NCBI GenBank assembly: GCA_001244265.2
Contig: CDLV01000008.1
Coordinates: forward strand, 1,612,001 to 1,676,000
Length of the DNA: 64,000 nt
Origin: Microbotryum violaceum
Taxonomy: Eukaryota
Direction: 5' to 3'
Below, in pieces: positions 53,018 through 64,000 of this stretch. The notes below the pieces were generated by a model. That model had not been told where the DNA came from. It did no database searches and saw only the letters and a program-made list of their open reading frames with translations. How positions within the stretch are numbered: position 1 is the first letter of the stretch; each line of letters opens with the position of its first letter. Position numbers and translations under genes: made by a program.

Positions 53018-53511
53018 AGGTCAGCCTAGCTCATGCTCGTATGCGGTAAGCTTTGTCAGAGCTTGGCCCATCAAGCGCAGCGGTGGATCGCGGCGGGGTG
53101 GGTGTGGAGCGGAGCGCTGGCGGCGCTCTTGGTGTGCGCGCGCGCGACCTTTCCGGCCCGCGCGCGGCGAAAACGCAGTCTGCGCGCAGCGCAGAAAAAA
53201 TTGTGAGCATTGTAGAGCTTATAGATTAGTTTTCAAAAATTATTCAACACTAGGCGGCCCTCATATTTGGGCATTTTCAATCAAAATCTGGAGAAAAAAT
53301 GGACATTTTGCCTCGAAAAAGGCCGTTTTTAGAGGGCCGCCTATGGCTGGGCTTTCGGGGGTCCTCCCCCAGCTCAGAGCTGGCAGGGGAGCCAGGGGGC
53401 GGCCCACCCGTCGCGCCGCGTACTGCCCAACTGCTGTGCATGGCACCGCTCGCTCCCAATCACGCTCCACCCAAACCCTCGTCGAACACGACTTCGACCT
53501 CCCTCAGCGCG

Positions 53512-53558
53512 CCACCACCACCACCCACCACCCACCACCCACCACCCACCACCCACCA
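53512..53558 (+). repeat. (CCA)n/(CCACCCA)n simple repeat upstream of the GET5 start
   Basis: Tandem ccaccca units read directly from the sequence. Confidence 0.8.
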
Positions 53559-53586
53559 CAAAGCAAACACTCAAGCACAAAGAACC

Positions 53587-54840
53587 ATGTCGGAACCTTT
53601 GCTCTCGGATGCGCGCCTGGCGAGCGAGTTGGACTTCTTCAAGCACCACGCTGACTCGATTGCGCAGAACAAGATCAAGCTGCCGTCGGGCTACGTGCCA
53701 GCGGTCAAGGACCGACCGAGGAAGCCGACGCTCGTCAATGTAAGCGCCCAGATCCTGACCCAGACGTGTTGTCGTCCTTTCCGAGTCCGGCTGGGACGTG
53801 TCGCTGTCCAGTGCGAGACCGCATTGGCCCCCACCCCGCCCGTGCACACTCCACGACCAGCTTGCACGGCGCGGACACGGAGACCACTGGCTACGAACAC
53901 GCGTACCGTCCCCCCTTTTGTACTCGCCAGCGGTACTTGTCCCAAACACGGATAACGATCATCCGTGTGATCTGACAGCTGACCAGTTCCTCGTCCCCCT
54001 TCCGACATCAACGTCAATCTACAGGTGCCCGTCGTCGAACCCCCCACCGCTTCGATCGAAGACGACTCCACCCCTACGAACGACGAGATCGAGTTGACCA
54101 TCAAGTCGCTCAAACCGGCCCTGTCCTTCTCGCTCAAGGCCTCGCCGACATCGACGATCCAGACGTGCAAGATGCTGCTCGTACAGCAGAACCCGACCGC
54201 GCCCGCTCCCGAGCAACAGCGATGGATCCTCAAGGGCAAGTCGATGGGCGACACTAAGCTCCTGCGCGAGTTTGCGGTCGAGAACGGTTCGGTCGTCAAC
54301 CTCATGATCACCAAAGCTGCTGCACAAGCCCAGGTCGCCGATCCTGAACCGATCGAAGCATCCGTGGCGTCGAGAGGAGCATCAACGACGCTGGCTTCGA
54401 CCTCGACCGCACTCTCCCCACCTTCTACCCCAGCTCATGGAGGGACCGCATCGGGTCGACATTCTCGTGTCCCCTCCCTCACCCTGTCCGAGCCACCAGA
54501 ACCCTACACCCCATCAAGACGGGGTTCCAGCGCAGACTCGCATCGTTCTGTCCCTTCCCTGAGCATCACGACCGACCTCCTCTCCTCCCCCTTGTCGCTC
54601 GATGCGCACCAACCCGCCTCGGCACGTTCAGCCGGATCAGACGAGTTCATCGCCGGTGTTTCGAACCCTGACTTGTGGACCGAGGCGTTTGAATTGTTGA
54701 AACGACACTTTGAGGGGGACGAATCCAAGGCGCAGAGCGTGTGGGAGAGTTGGTTGTCCGGATCAAGGGATTGGATCTCGCCCGGAGACAAAGCGTTGAT
54801 TAGAAGTAAAGCTGGCGTTAGCGCGATGGGTGGGTACTAG
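53587..54840 (+). CDS. GET5: Get5/Mdy2-like ubiquitin-like protein, 2 exons
   Basis: N-terminal SELDFFK..KIKLPSGY segment, UBL domain (IELTIKSLK..QRWILKGKSMGDTKLL..VVNLMI) and C-terminal LWTEAFELLKRHF..A..VWESW dimerisation-type motif. Intron about 53740-54024. Confidence 0.75.
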
Positions 54841-55162
54841 AGGCGTCTTGTCATCTTCTTGTTTGTTCTTTCTTTGCAGGGTTCGGCCCCGCTTGTATTG
54901 CATACCACTTTGTTCTCCCTTCATCCCTGTTGGCCTGCCGGCATGCGAAGTGCTTTCGTCGCGATAGAGGAATTTCCGTCTGACGATTGACAAATGATCT
55001 AATCCTCTCTCAGCCACACGGACCATAGGTCTCAAAGTTCATGGTAATTATTCCTTCTATATATTCATATTACAGTCCTCGTTCTACAGCCCCAACTTGC
55101 GTCCTCCTGCCGAGTGATAATCGCCTACCCCTCTACAAGTCAAACGTCCGCACCAGGCCCCT

Positions 55163-55738
55163 CTAAGCCTTGAGTAAGGTCTCCTCGGCGGGTAACGGGT
55201 CCTTGGGGTGCTATGAGAGCAAAGAACAATCGATCTCTCGAGTCAGTCGTCGATCGCGCGTGAATGAAATCGACCGGGCCTTGGTGTGCACTGTGCACGT
55301 ACCTTGGCCTCGAAGTGTTGCTTGAACGTCTGTGTGACCGATCATAGGAGCTGTCAGATCTCGACTGGATAAGAGATCGGATCAGTATTGTATGTTCTTA
55401 CCTTGTAGTCGACCAAGCCGATCATGCACTGAAATTTCGGGGCAGGTTCGGCATGTTCCGTGTCGAGGCAGAGAGGACCAACACGTGATCAGTCATCGGC
55501 TGCAGAGCCCACCTACGCATCAGCGGGAGCCTCGGTCCACTTTACCTTGGGGCACGAGATCTATTCGGAAAAAGATAAAATCGGCTCTCGGATCTCAGAA
55601 GAACAACGCCAAGATAGTGCCGGGACCAACCTTGAACGCGGCGGCCCTCTCCTTCAGGTTGGATTTCCCTCCCGCCTTCTTGGCCGCGGCTTCCTGCGCC
55701 TTCTTTTGCGATTCGGCCTTTTGTAATCCACGAGCCAT
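55163..55738 (-). CDS. Small ZNF706-like C2H2 zinc finger protein, 5 exons; not in the ORF track
   Basis: Exons 55631-55738, 55546-55560, 55402-55428, 55303-55329 and 55163-55210 splice to MARGLQKAESQKKAQ..AAAFK/ISCPK/CMIGLVDYK/TFKQHFEAK/HPKDPLPAEETLLKA*. Confidence 0.88.
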
Positions 55739-56046
55739 ATTTGATGTTAGAAGAGAGTTGAGGGTAACGAGGATTGAGGTTGCAGTGATACGGGTGACGG
55801 GGTCAAGGCGTCAATGATACGGAGGCGCTCGGGGCAGCGCGCCTCGTGCGAAGTCACCTCGTGCCAAGTCGTCCCTGCTCCGCTCGCACGGTCCTCGTCG
55901 TCGGGGATTCGCACCACGGCGTCGTGCTCGGTACCCCGGCGTGCACCCAAGTCGCCGTGATCCCACAGTGCACGAGGCCGCATCTCCCTCCTTCTCGCCC
56001 TCTCTCCATCCCCCGGGTACCTTGCCCCATCCTAGCAGTGACAAGT

Positions 56047-57181
56047 ATGACAACGACCAAGTCCGCCCTCCCTGCCAAAGCACCTCCTCCCTGGGACCTG
56101 ACCGGATCAGGCTACATCTTTGTCATAGAACCGCAACCGTTCTCGCCGACCCAAGCGGTCCCACTTCCATCCGGCAGTTACGACCCGTTCGCACAGGGAA
56201 CGCCCTTTGATCAGTCGTCCAACTTTCATGGTGGTGTTGGCGCCATCTTGGTCGTACGGTATACTACTTCGGATGTTGGTTAGTCTTGGCTACGAGTCTC
56301 TTGTCACGGGCTGAATGTGGGGGCTGCCCCCCGAGTCACCGGCCTCCGACTCCTCTTTGTCAGGAGGTGTGGGGCTCCTCAGCACCCCGTCGTCGGACAG
56401 AACGTTGACGCCGGCGACTTTTTCCCTCGTCTCGCGAAATCCACAGGTCCCTACGACGAACTCATGATCATTCCTGGCAACTTCAAAAACAAACTCAAAG
56501 ATGGCACGACTTCATTCGACCTCGCCATCACTCGTATCTACGTCTCGACCAAGGAGAGCGTGTACAATGGTCGGCAGAACTGGGGGATCCCGAGTACGTC
56601 TCTGCCCGGAGCTGACCGAATGCCCCACCTTGAGCATTCTCAGGTCCCGGAATTTTTGGCGACATCATGAACTCAAGATGTGTCTTCTCTCTTACACAGA
56701 ACACCACGCCGACTTTTCCTTCACTCCCGTCCAAGACCGGCCCAGATCGACAATGCTGACGGTCTCATCACCAGGCGCAGAAGACTCTTTCTTCTCTGCG
56801 ATCCTGACTCGTAGCCGCTGGACCCCTTTCGCATTCCCCGTCTCGACCAAGCTTGCTTCCACTTCATTCATGCGCTCCATATTGCGAGGCTACCGACCGA
56901 CCCTCGTCCAACCTGCCTTATCGACCCAAATCGATTCTTCTAAACTCAAATCCGTCACCTCGGAAGACGCCTCAAACCTCGTTGGCTCAAGCGCCAAATT
57001 CGCCGTCACCCCTACGTCTACAGGATGGAGTAAAGCGTGTACGATCTCCCCCGTTTCGAAGGCAAGGAAGGGGTACGGAGATGGGGTCGGGTTCCCCGAG
57101 TTCAAGCCTTGGTGGGGTGGTTTAGGCGTCGAGTTGACAGAGTTCAATATGGTGTTTCCTGTGCCCGAGGTCGTCGAGTAG
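56047..57181 (+). CDS. Acetoacetate decarboxylase-like (ADC fold) protein, multi-exon
   Basis: APPPWDLTG, VVRYTTSDVG/PYDELMIIPG, ITRIYVSTKESVYNGRQNWGIP(K). Confidence 0.75.
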
Positions 57182-57359
57182 ACGAGGTCACGGTCTTTTT
57201 AGAGAGTTTTTATCAGTAAGAAGTTTTTATGGTTTGCGAGTAGTCTGTGTAATGTATCGCGTCCTTCAGTGCGCAGGTGCAGCCACTCTAAATACGTACG
57301 GCAAGAATCCCTCAAATCACGGATCTCCAACGATTAATCTCCAACATGCCTCATCCACC

Positions 57360-58491
57360 TCAAGCGAGCCGTATCCCTTTATCCCCCTTCCCTTCCTGGT
57401 ACGTTCTTGACAAATCATTATAAGCCTCCTTGACGGACTTGACCTTGGCTTCAAGGATCGTTCGTTGTTCCGACCCTTCGGGTAATGCTTGGACAAGGTC
57501 GCTTATGGATTGCGAGGTGAAGAATTTGTTAACCTTGTTGTACAACGGTCGATTGGCAAGTTCGGTAGCGCTTTCGAAAGAGGATAGGGAGGGCACTTTG
57601 AAGACTTGTTCGACCGCGGAGGTGGAAGAAGAATAGAATATCGATGCCCGTCGGTTAGTTGGAGATCTTACAGGGCTTTCAGACGAGGAAGTGTACGCAC
57701 GGATGTCGATGTCGTGAGGGATCGCGAATGTGTCGCGCATTTCTTCGTAGCTGAAAAGGTAGGTAAAATTATTCCAGCCGCACCAGGTGATACCGCTGCA
57801 GGAAACGGCGAAGTGAAGTCAATGGTATGCCCAAAATGAAAGCTTTTCAGGAGAAGCCTCCTCACGATAAGCCTAGGAACGGAGGACGCGAATCCGGACA
57901 CATTTGGTTAAGTCAGCATATCACAAAACAAAAAAGAAGACGATGCTTTACGCTTTGAAACTCGACGTACATAAAGAGCAAGGCTCATGAGTCGCGAAAA
58001 AAATGGTGTCTTTGGCCTTCGGTCGTGATTCGGCCGAGATTTGGGTGTAGAAGTTTTGTACTGGCACCAGGCAAACTCGGGTACGTCATTCGATTCAAGT
58101 TTGAATCTGGGAACGCGACTCACTGCAGGAAATTTCGCCGTGCTTCGGGACCAATTCGAGAAATCAATCGGACAAATGCCAGGGAGCAAGCGGAATCCGT
58201 TATCAGGTTGAGCTGAGCCGAAGAAGCTCACTCTCGGTGGTCTCGGGGCTCATTTGAACATAGCTTCCACCCATTTAGACGACGCAAAAATATACATGGA
58301 CCGTATGGACTGACCATCAGAGGTGAGTCAGTTTCGGTGTTCGTGGCGACCATACAAGGTTCCAACGTGTCCTTGCGCAAGATCGCGGCCCCAAAGACCT
58401 TGGCACCCGAATCGACGCCGGCTCGAGTCAAAGGGATGATCGAGTTCAATGTGGTGTCGAGTAGGGTGTGAACGAGTTTGATTTCTGCCAT
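57360..58491 (-). CDS. Cytidine/dCMP deaminase-family zinc protein, multi-exon
   Basis: KVFGAAIL, SPLM/HGEISC (HxE), ATHEPCSLC (PCxxC), YLFSYEEMRDTFAIPHDIDI. Confidence 0.82.
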
Positions 58492-58945
58492 GGGTCTCGT
58501 GGGTGTAGTTGGAGGGTGGACTGGGTGATGCGAGTAGGGTTGAGCGTTGACCCGCGGCTTCCGACGGGGAAAGCGGAGGTCGATCGAATCGCCAAGCTTC
58601 GCCGGAGGGCGTCGGCACGTGACCTACAATATATCAAGACCGATGGCACTGATGCAATTATTTTTTCTCCCGGTATAACCTGTTCTAAACTTCAAGTAAC
58701 ACATCCTCGCCTGATGAACCGGTACCAATTTACGATGCGTCGCAGAGGTTCAAGTCACATGACCGCTCGGATGATACTTGTTGTGGGCTTCGACTTTCGC
58801 CGGTGACTTGCTTGACGACGCCTCCGAGTCTTGACGGCTAGTCGAAATTGCGACCGTTGACATCGCATCCGGGACATCAACCACCGCCTCAACGGGCATC
58901 TGCGGTACTTGTCACCTATTTTGCGTCTCTTCCGAGGCTCCCATT

Positions 58946-61520
58946 ATGGTCCAAGCGGTTCCTGCATCATCACCAGCTGCACAGCCAGCCGATCTGGCGT
59001 TGCGCACGGTCCATGTCGACGACTCGGATGAGAACATCTCACCCAGCTGGTCACGCCGGATCGTGCTCGTTCAGGCCGAGGCGACCGAAGAGGGCGAGTG
59101 GGAAGAGGGTGGAATGGTCAGTAAGGTCTCAGTTGGACTTCGAATTTTACGTTAAAGAACTCACTTTAGCTGATGGTTTTTTTACAGGCATCGCAACCGT
59201 CGCTGTCGCCCGTCAGTGCACGGCCGATTGAACTACCCAATCGGGACGGCCCTCGAGTGTTGCCGTCGGATCGTGGCAACATGCCATCACAAGGTGGAGC
59301 TACCCACCAGCCCAAGTTTCGACCCATTTCACCTGTGAAGATACTGCCACCAGGCCCAACCCAAACTGAGGCTCGCTCATTAATCTGGACCTTCGAGCTC
59401 CGCGGCGCCGGCAGCGATCTCGCCGCCTATCAGCCCGATTACCGTGACTTTCCCGACCCCGCGACCCCGCTCACTCCAACCCATCGCTCGGCGCGTGCCC
59501 CTGAACTTTCTCGTGCGGTCTCCGTCTCCCGGCTCGCCCTCATTTTCTCCATCACAACCACCTCAAAAGGTGTCTCATTCTCCTCCAAAGCTTACAAAGC
59601 GAGTACCGGCGTTCTTGTCGACGACGACAGGATCCGAAATAGAGACTAGCAAGTCGATTTGGCCTACGCGAGGTCGACCAGGCGACCCGAGGTCCAAGCT
59701 TCAACGCGCCAATAGCAACAGTAGCAGCTCAGCACTATCTGCGACACCTCGAGACACTTTCCCAGCGTCTCCACCTTCACGGCACAGTCCTCTGACCCAA
59801 CGTCGTACTTTCCCTTCACCACCTCCCTCTTGTCAGTCGGAAAGGTCACTCTACCCACCGGATGACCGTCGCCTGCTTAGGCTGTCCACGACTTTGACCC
59901 CGTCGTCGTCCAATCGCCGCATAGCCCCCTCGTCCTCCCTTCCTCGAAGGAGATCGCTCTCGCCTTCTCGACCGCCTCCGCTAGCAGCAGTCCCTCAAAG
60001 GTCTTTCACGTCCTCGCGATGCAAGCCTCCAGCCGAGCAACAGCAAGATGGACTTCCCGCTTCCAAGCCTTCGCGCGGACCGCTGGCCCCTGGAGGCGCC
60101 AACCTGTGTCAGCCCGTGCGGGGAAGGTCAACCAGCCCTCCACGTCGTGGTGGCTCGCCTTCGTGTGGCATCAAACACCCACCACCCCGTGAAACCTATG
60201 ATGCAGGTCACCGCCGAGATCGTTCGCCAACTGCGGGACCGAAGTCAGACCTGGGCCGACGATGGAAGCAAAACCGCCAGTGCGACCCTGTCCATTATGA
60301 CGGCTTTTCCCACGACCCCCACGAGCTGGGCAAGCGGGGGCTCCGTATAACAGAGGAGGAGGAGGAGGAGGAGGAGGAACGAGTTGCCGAGCTGGGTTCG
60401 CGCCACCCAAGCGGTCGCCGTGAAGAGTGTGTCGCCGCCCGAATTTAGGACATGCGAACGACCATTTTGCGCTCGTTCAGTCCATGACTTTGGGCTGTAC
60501 AAAACCGTAATCTGAAAGTACTGGGAGCTAAAAATTGCGTGTCCAAAAGGGACGCGCTGTACCTATGCACACGGCCCCAAGGAATTACGACCGCATGTGT
60601 CTTCCCACGCGAAGCAAACCTCGCCCAGGAGGAAGGATCATCGCGAGCTCGTCGCAGTATACGAGCATGCACATCAAAAGCGGCGAGCATCTCGGGTTCG
60701 AAACAGGTCTAATCGATCCCTGTCACCCACGGAGACGAGGTCTCATGATGAAGAACGCCGTCGCCTTGGAGGGGAGTTCCGATACCGAGCTCGTTCGAAC
60801 TCGCCTTCCGCTTTGATGACACACTCCAGTGCGGCACCTGCAACGATCAGAAAGCGACGTCGATCGATCGATCTACCATGGGGGAGAGGTCTTCGCAATA
60901 TCTCCAAGAAGCAACGCAAGCGTCGACTCTCGGCGAGTTCGACCGGATCAGGATCCTCGGGGCTTGCGGGTACAGACCCAAGGCGTCGCGATCGTTCGTT
61001 GAACCCGTCGGTACCGCCTCGGGTAAAGCGGGATGAGTCGAACGATGACAACTTTGATGACGATGACCACATCATGTATTCATTCGTGGAGCCTATTGTG
61101 GAAGACAAGGATGATTCGGTAGCAGGTGATCAAGACGAGGATCCGTACTCGCCACTTTACTCATCCTTTTCGATCATCGAAACCGATTCGGAGCCGACCC
61201 CTCAATCTCGAGAGCGATCGACCGTTTCGCCCTTCTTGGAAAGAGTTTGTCGGCCAAGATCACTGCTCGCACCGATGTCTTCTGTGGTACCAGTACAGAT
61301 TCAACCACTTTTCCCACCCTTCGCACCAACGGAAACTGCGTCTGCATCTGCACACGCGCCAGCGCCCGCATTTCCACTTCCCCCGGCGCCTGCACCCCAA
61401 CCTCGACCGGCCAGCCCTGTCGTCATCGAGAATAGGCTCGTGCCTTCGGACCGCGACTACTTCCGCACTTACTTTGCCGAGATCGCGCGTCGCAAAAAGA
61501 CCGTCCGACCCATTCTTTGA
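58946..61520 (+). CDS. Hypothetical Arg/Ser/Pro-rich protein, paralog 1; exon structure uncertain, may be disrupted
   Basis: Successive + ORFs (58946, 59173, 59444, 60597-61520). The C-terminus NRLVPSDRDYFRTYFAEIARRKKTVRPIL is shared with the downstream paralog. Confidence 0.45.
60353..60379 (+). repeat. (GAG)n microsatellite (poly-Glu in frame)
   Basis: Eight GAG units followed by GAA. Confidence 0.85.
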
Positions 61521-62305
61521 TCCCTCAACTTGGTACGCTCGATTTGTCCGTTGAATCAATTCTGCGATTTGACGATGCTCTCGTTGTCCGTGCGATTCGA
61601 CGTATCGTCCCTGTACTATTACCACTTCAGGTTTTGTTGCGATTGTTTCGTTGTGGTATGTACTCTTGATTTACATGCAATTGTAACTGTGAGCTTGTTT
61701 TTCAGCCCTGCATTGATTGAGTTGCTCGGATTGACCGCGAAGTGCGGTGGGGTGGGTGACCACTGAACAGCTGAGGAGCTCTGATCTGCAAAGAAGCGCC
61801 GCCTTAACTCACGCGATGTTTGTGATGACCACGTTAAAGAGGACCTGAGAGATACTGGACTTTTCACAACCGATTGTGCATTGCTGCTGGCATGTTTTGC
61901 AACTTTTTGATCACGTGATTTTCCGAACGCGCACGGCCATCCGTTGCGAAGTCGTTGAACGCGAGTCAAGGCTTCACAATTCATAACCTAACCTGCCCGC
62001 AACACTTCATGGGCACCCCAATCGGGAAGACATCAAGCGCGAGGCTTGCTACCATGTACGATGATGTTACAGCTTCTATCTCCGGTCAGAGACAGTTATA
62101 TCGCTCGGAGGCCACTGCCGCCGGAGCCAGGCAGATGGCAGACGGGACGAGGGACGATGGCAGAATGGTCAGTTCGATTTCATGCACGCAGTGACTCCGG
62201 TTGTATTGATGCTGATACTGTCACCTTCACCTTCGGCCCTCGCGAAACCGTCCTTCACCCCATAAGGTGTGGGGCATAGTTGGCTATCCAAGCGACGCCT
62301 TACGT

Positions 62306-63686
62306 ATGGAAATGAATGGTGCGGGATATCCGCGGAGTGGCTATGGAGACGCGTCAACGATGGCGCCACCTCGTCACGGTCGCGCTGGGGCAGAAAGGAG
62401 GGTTGCGAGGGATATCGTACCCCTACCGTCATCGCGTAATATCCCCCGTCTTCATCCGTCAATACCGCTGCCCCCGAATTACGCTCGTGCTCGTTATCAC
62501 GATCTTCCATCTCGCCCAGCAGGCCCAAGTGCCGAGCCCAGGGCGCGGAAGCGCGAGTCTCCTCTAGGCTGGCGATGGGAAGAATGTCGAGCTCAACGCC
62601 CGCCTCTGCATCTTTCACCTCCATCCCGAATACGACGAGAATCTCGTTCACCGCCGCTGCAATCATACGAGCTGGTATCGCGACCCTTTAGATACGATCG
62701 CCCGCCGTTGCGTCGATTTTACGCATCGGACGACCGAATCACTTCCAGCTCAAGCTCGTACTATCCCCAATCGTACGCGCCACAACATTCGTCTCCTCCG
62801 CGCCGGAGAAGGTCCCTATCTCCCGATGCTTTTCCAGCCATAAGACGGCCTCCACGGCTCTCCGCAACGTCGAAGAAGCCTTCTCCTGCTGGGCCAATAG
62901 GTAACCGCTTGTCTCAAATCTCACGTCCCGGTACTGGGTGCGACACCGCTGTCTCAACCGGCTAGGGCACAATTCGATCAATCGGATCTTCCTATTAAGA
63001 GCAAAGCCCAACAGGAATTGAGTATACCCGTTGAGAAAAGACGCTCCGAACCGCCGACCGACCCTTTGTCGACCACGGTGACGGTGACGATGGCGCTGAA
63101 AACCAAGACCAAGGCGAAATGGATTCCGAGAACGAAGGCGAACGTTTTGCTAGGATTGTGCGAACCCAAGCCGGTGAAGGAACCGGTCATACTCGATCCG
63201 AACGATCAACGACCACCGAGGCTTTCTTGGGGAACAGGTCTCAGCCAAGTCGCTCGCAAGCGGCGACGAGCGAGGGAAGCTGTGCAAGTGGCACGTGCGA
63301 AGAGATTGGAGGCGCGAGGGGTCACGGGCAAGGAGAAGGTGGACAAGAACCGAAGTCGTCGTTCGATGAGCCCTTCGTTACCGGTTCATGTGAAGCAGCA
63401 CGATTCTGGTGATGAAGGGGTCGCCGCAGAACTTGTGCTGCAGCCTGCCTTGGATCCACTGGAGGAGGGAATGCAGGAGAACGTTTCGGCGACCTGCGGC
63501 GACAGTCCTGACCCGCCCGTCTACTCGCCGTCGTCACCATCGTCGCCGTCGTCATCATCGTCGCCGTCGTCACCATCGATCCATCTCAACATGAAGGATC
63601 GGCTCGTACCTTCTGACCGCGACTACTTCCGCACCTACTTTGCCGAGCTCGCACGTCGAAAAGTGACCGTGCGAGCGATCCTCTGA
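62306..63686 (+). CDS. Hypothetical Arg/Ser/Pro-rich protein, paralog 2; structure uncertain
   Basis: ORFs 62267-62965 and 63018-63686; ends DRLVPSDRDYFRTYFAELARRKVTVRAIL*. Confidence 0.5.
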
Positions 63687-64000
63687 ATCTCGTCGCCTCG
63701 GTCCGCTCAATCTGCACATCGAATACATTCAACGGTCTGGCTTGGCTCTCGTTACTCGTCCTGTAGGACTTGTAGTATCTACTCAGTCGTATTTGTAATC
63801 CTATCCGTTATCTTTGCAATTTTAGGCCCTTGACTGCGCAGCAATTCATCCTCCCATCGACGCGCGATAAGAAGATATGTGAAGACTTCCTTGTTGGTCT
63901 TCATTTCAAGTCGGCACAAATACATGCAGTGAATCAACACAGCAGAAGATTGGAAAATAAGAGGCGCGAGAAGCTGAGAGGGGATTGTAGAGGAGGAGTT

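Larger units (their letters stand above)
43142..53365 (+). mobile_element. Complete 10.2-kb P-element/THAP9-like DNA transposon
   Basis: 32-bp TIRs at 43142-43173 and 53334-53365 (1 mismatch). Exact 8-bp TSD CCCCCAGC at 43134-43141 and 53366-53373. Subterminal AGGC(G/A)GCCC..ATTTGG(A/G)CAT repeats. Confidence 0.9.

Overview
Eukaryotic, intron-rich, GC-rich fungal DNA, most consistent with a basidiomycete yeast of the Microbotryomycetes (Rhodotorula/Leucosporidium-like; inferred from gene content and short GT-AG introns with CTRAC branch sites). Positions 1-30.4 kb are compact housekeeping genes: EXO1, DPB4, TTI2, a Fus3/Kss1-type MAPK, an aldolase/dehydratase pair resembling gaaC/gaaB, BCD1, a PITH protein, CSM1/PCS1, RRG9, ERV25 and MIP1. 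Positions 31.4-53.4 kb are a nested transposon cluster. It holds two related long-TIR Mutator-like elements encoding GCM domain + MULE DDE + USP-like protease (one keeps only the protease half), and a complete 10.2-kb P/THAP9-like element with 32-bp TIRs, an 8-bp TSD and a Ulp1-like domain. It also holds three non-autonomous Helitrons, a 245-bp MITE, a 117-bp solo LTR and a poly(A)-tailed retroposon remnant. Positions 53.6-64 kb return to host genes (GET5, ZNF706-like, ADC-fold protein, Zn deaminase) and end with two paralogous orphan genes. All calls come from reading motifs by eye; no database searches were run.
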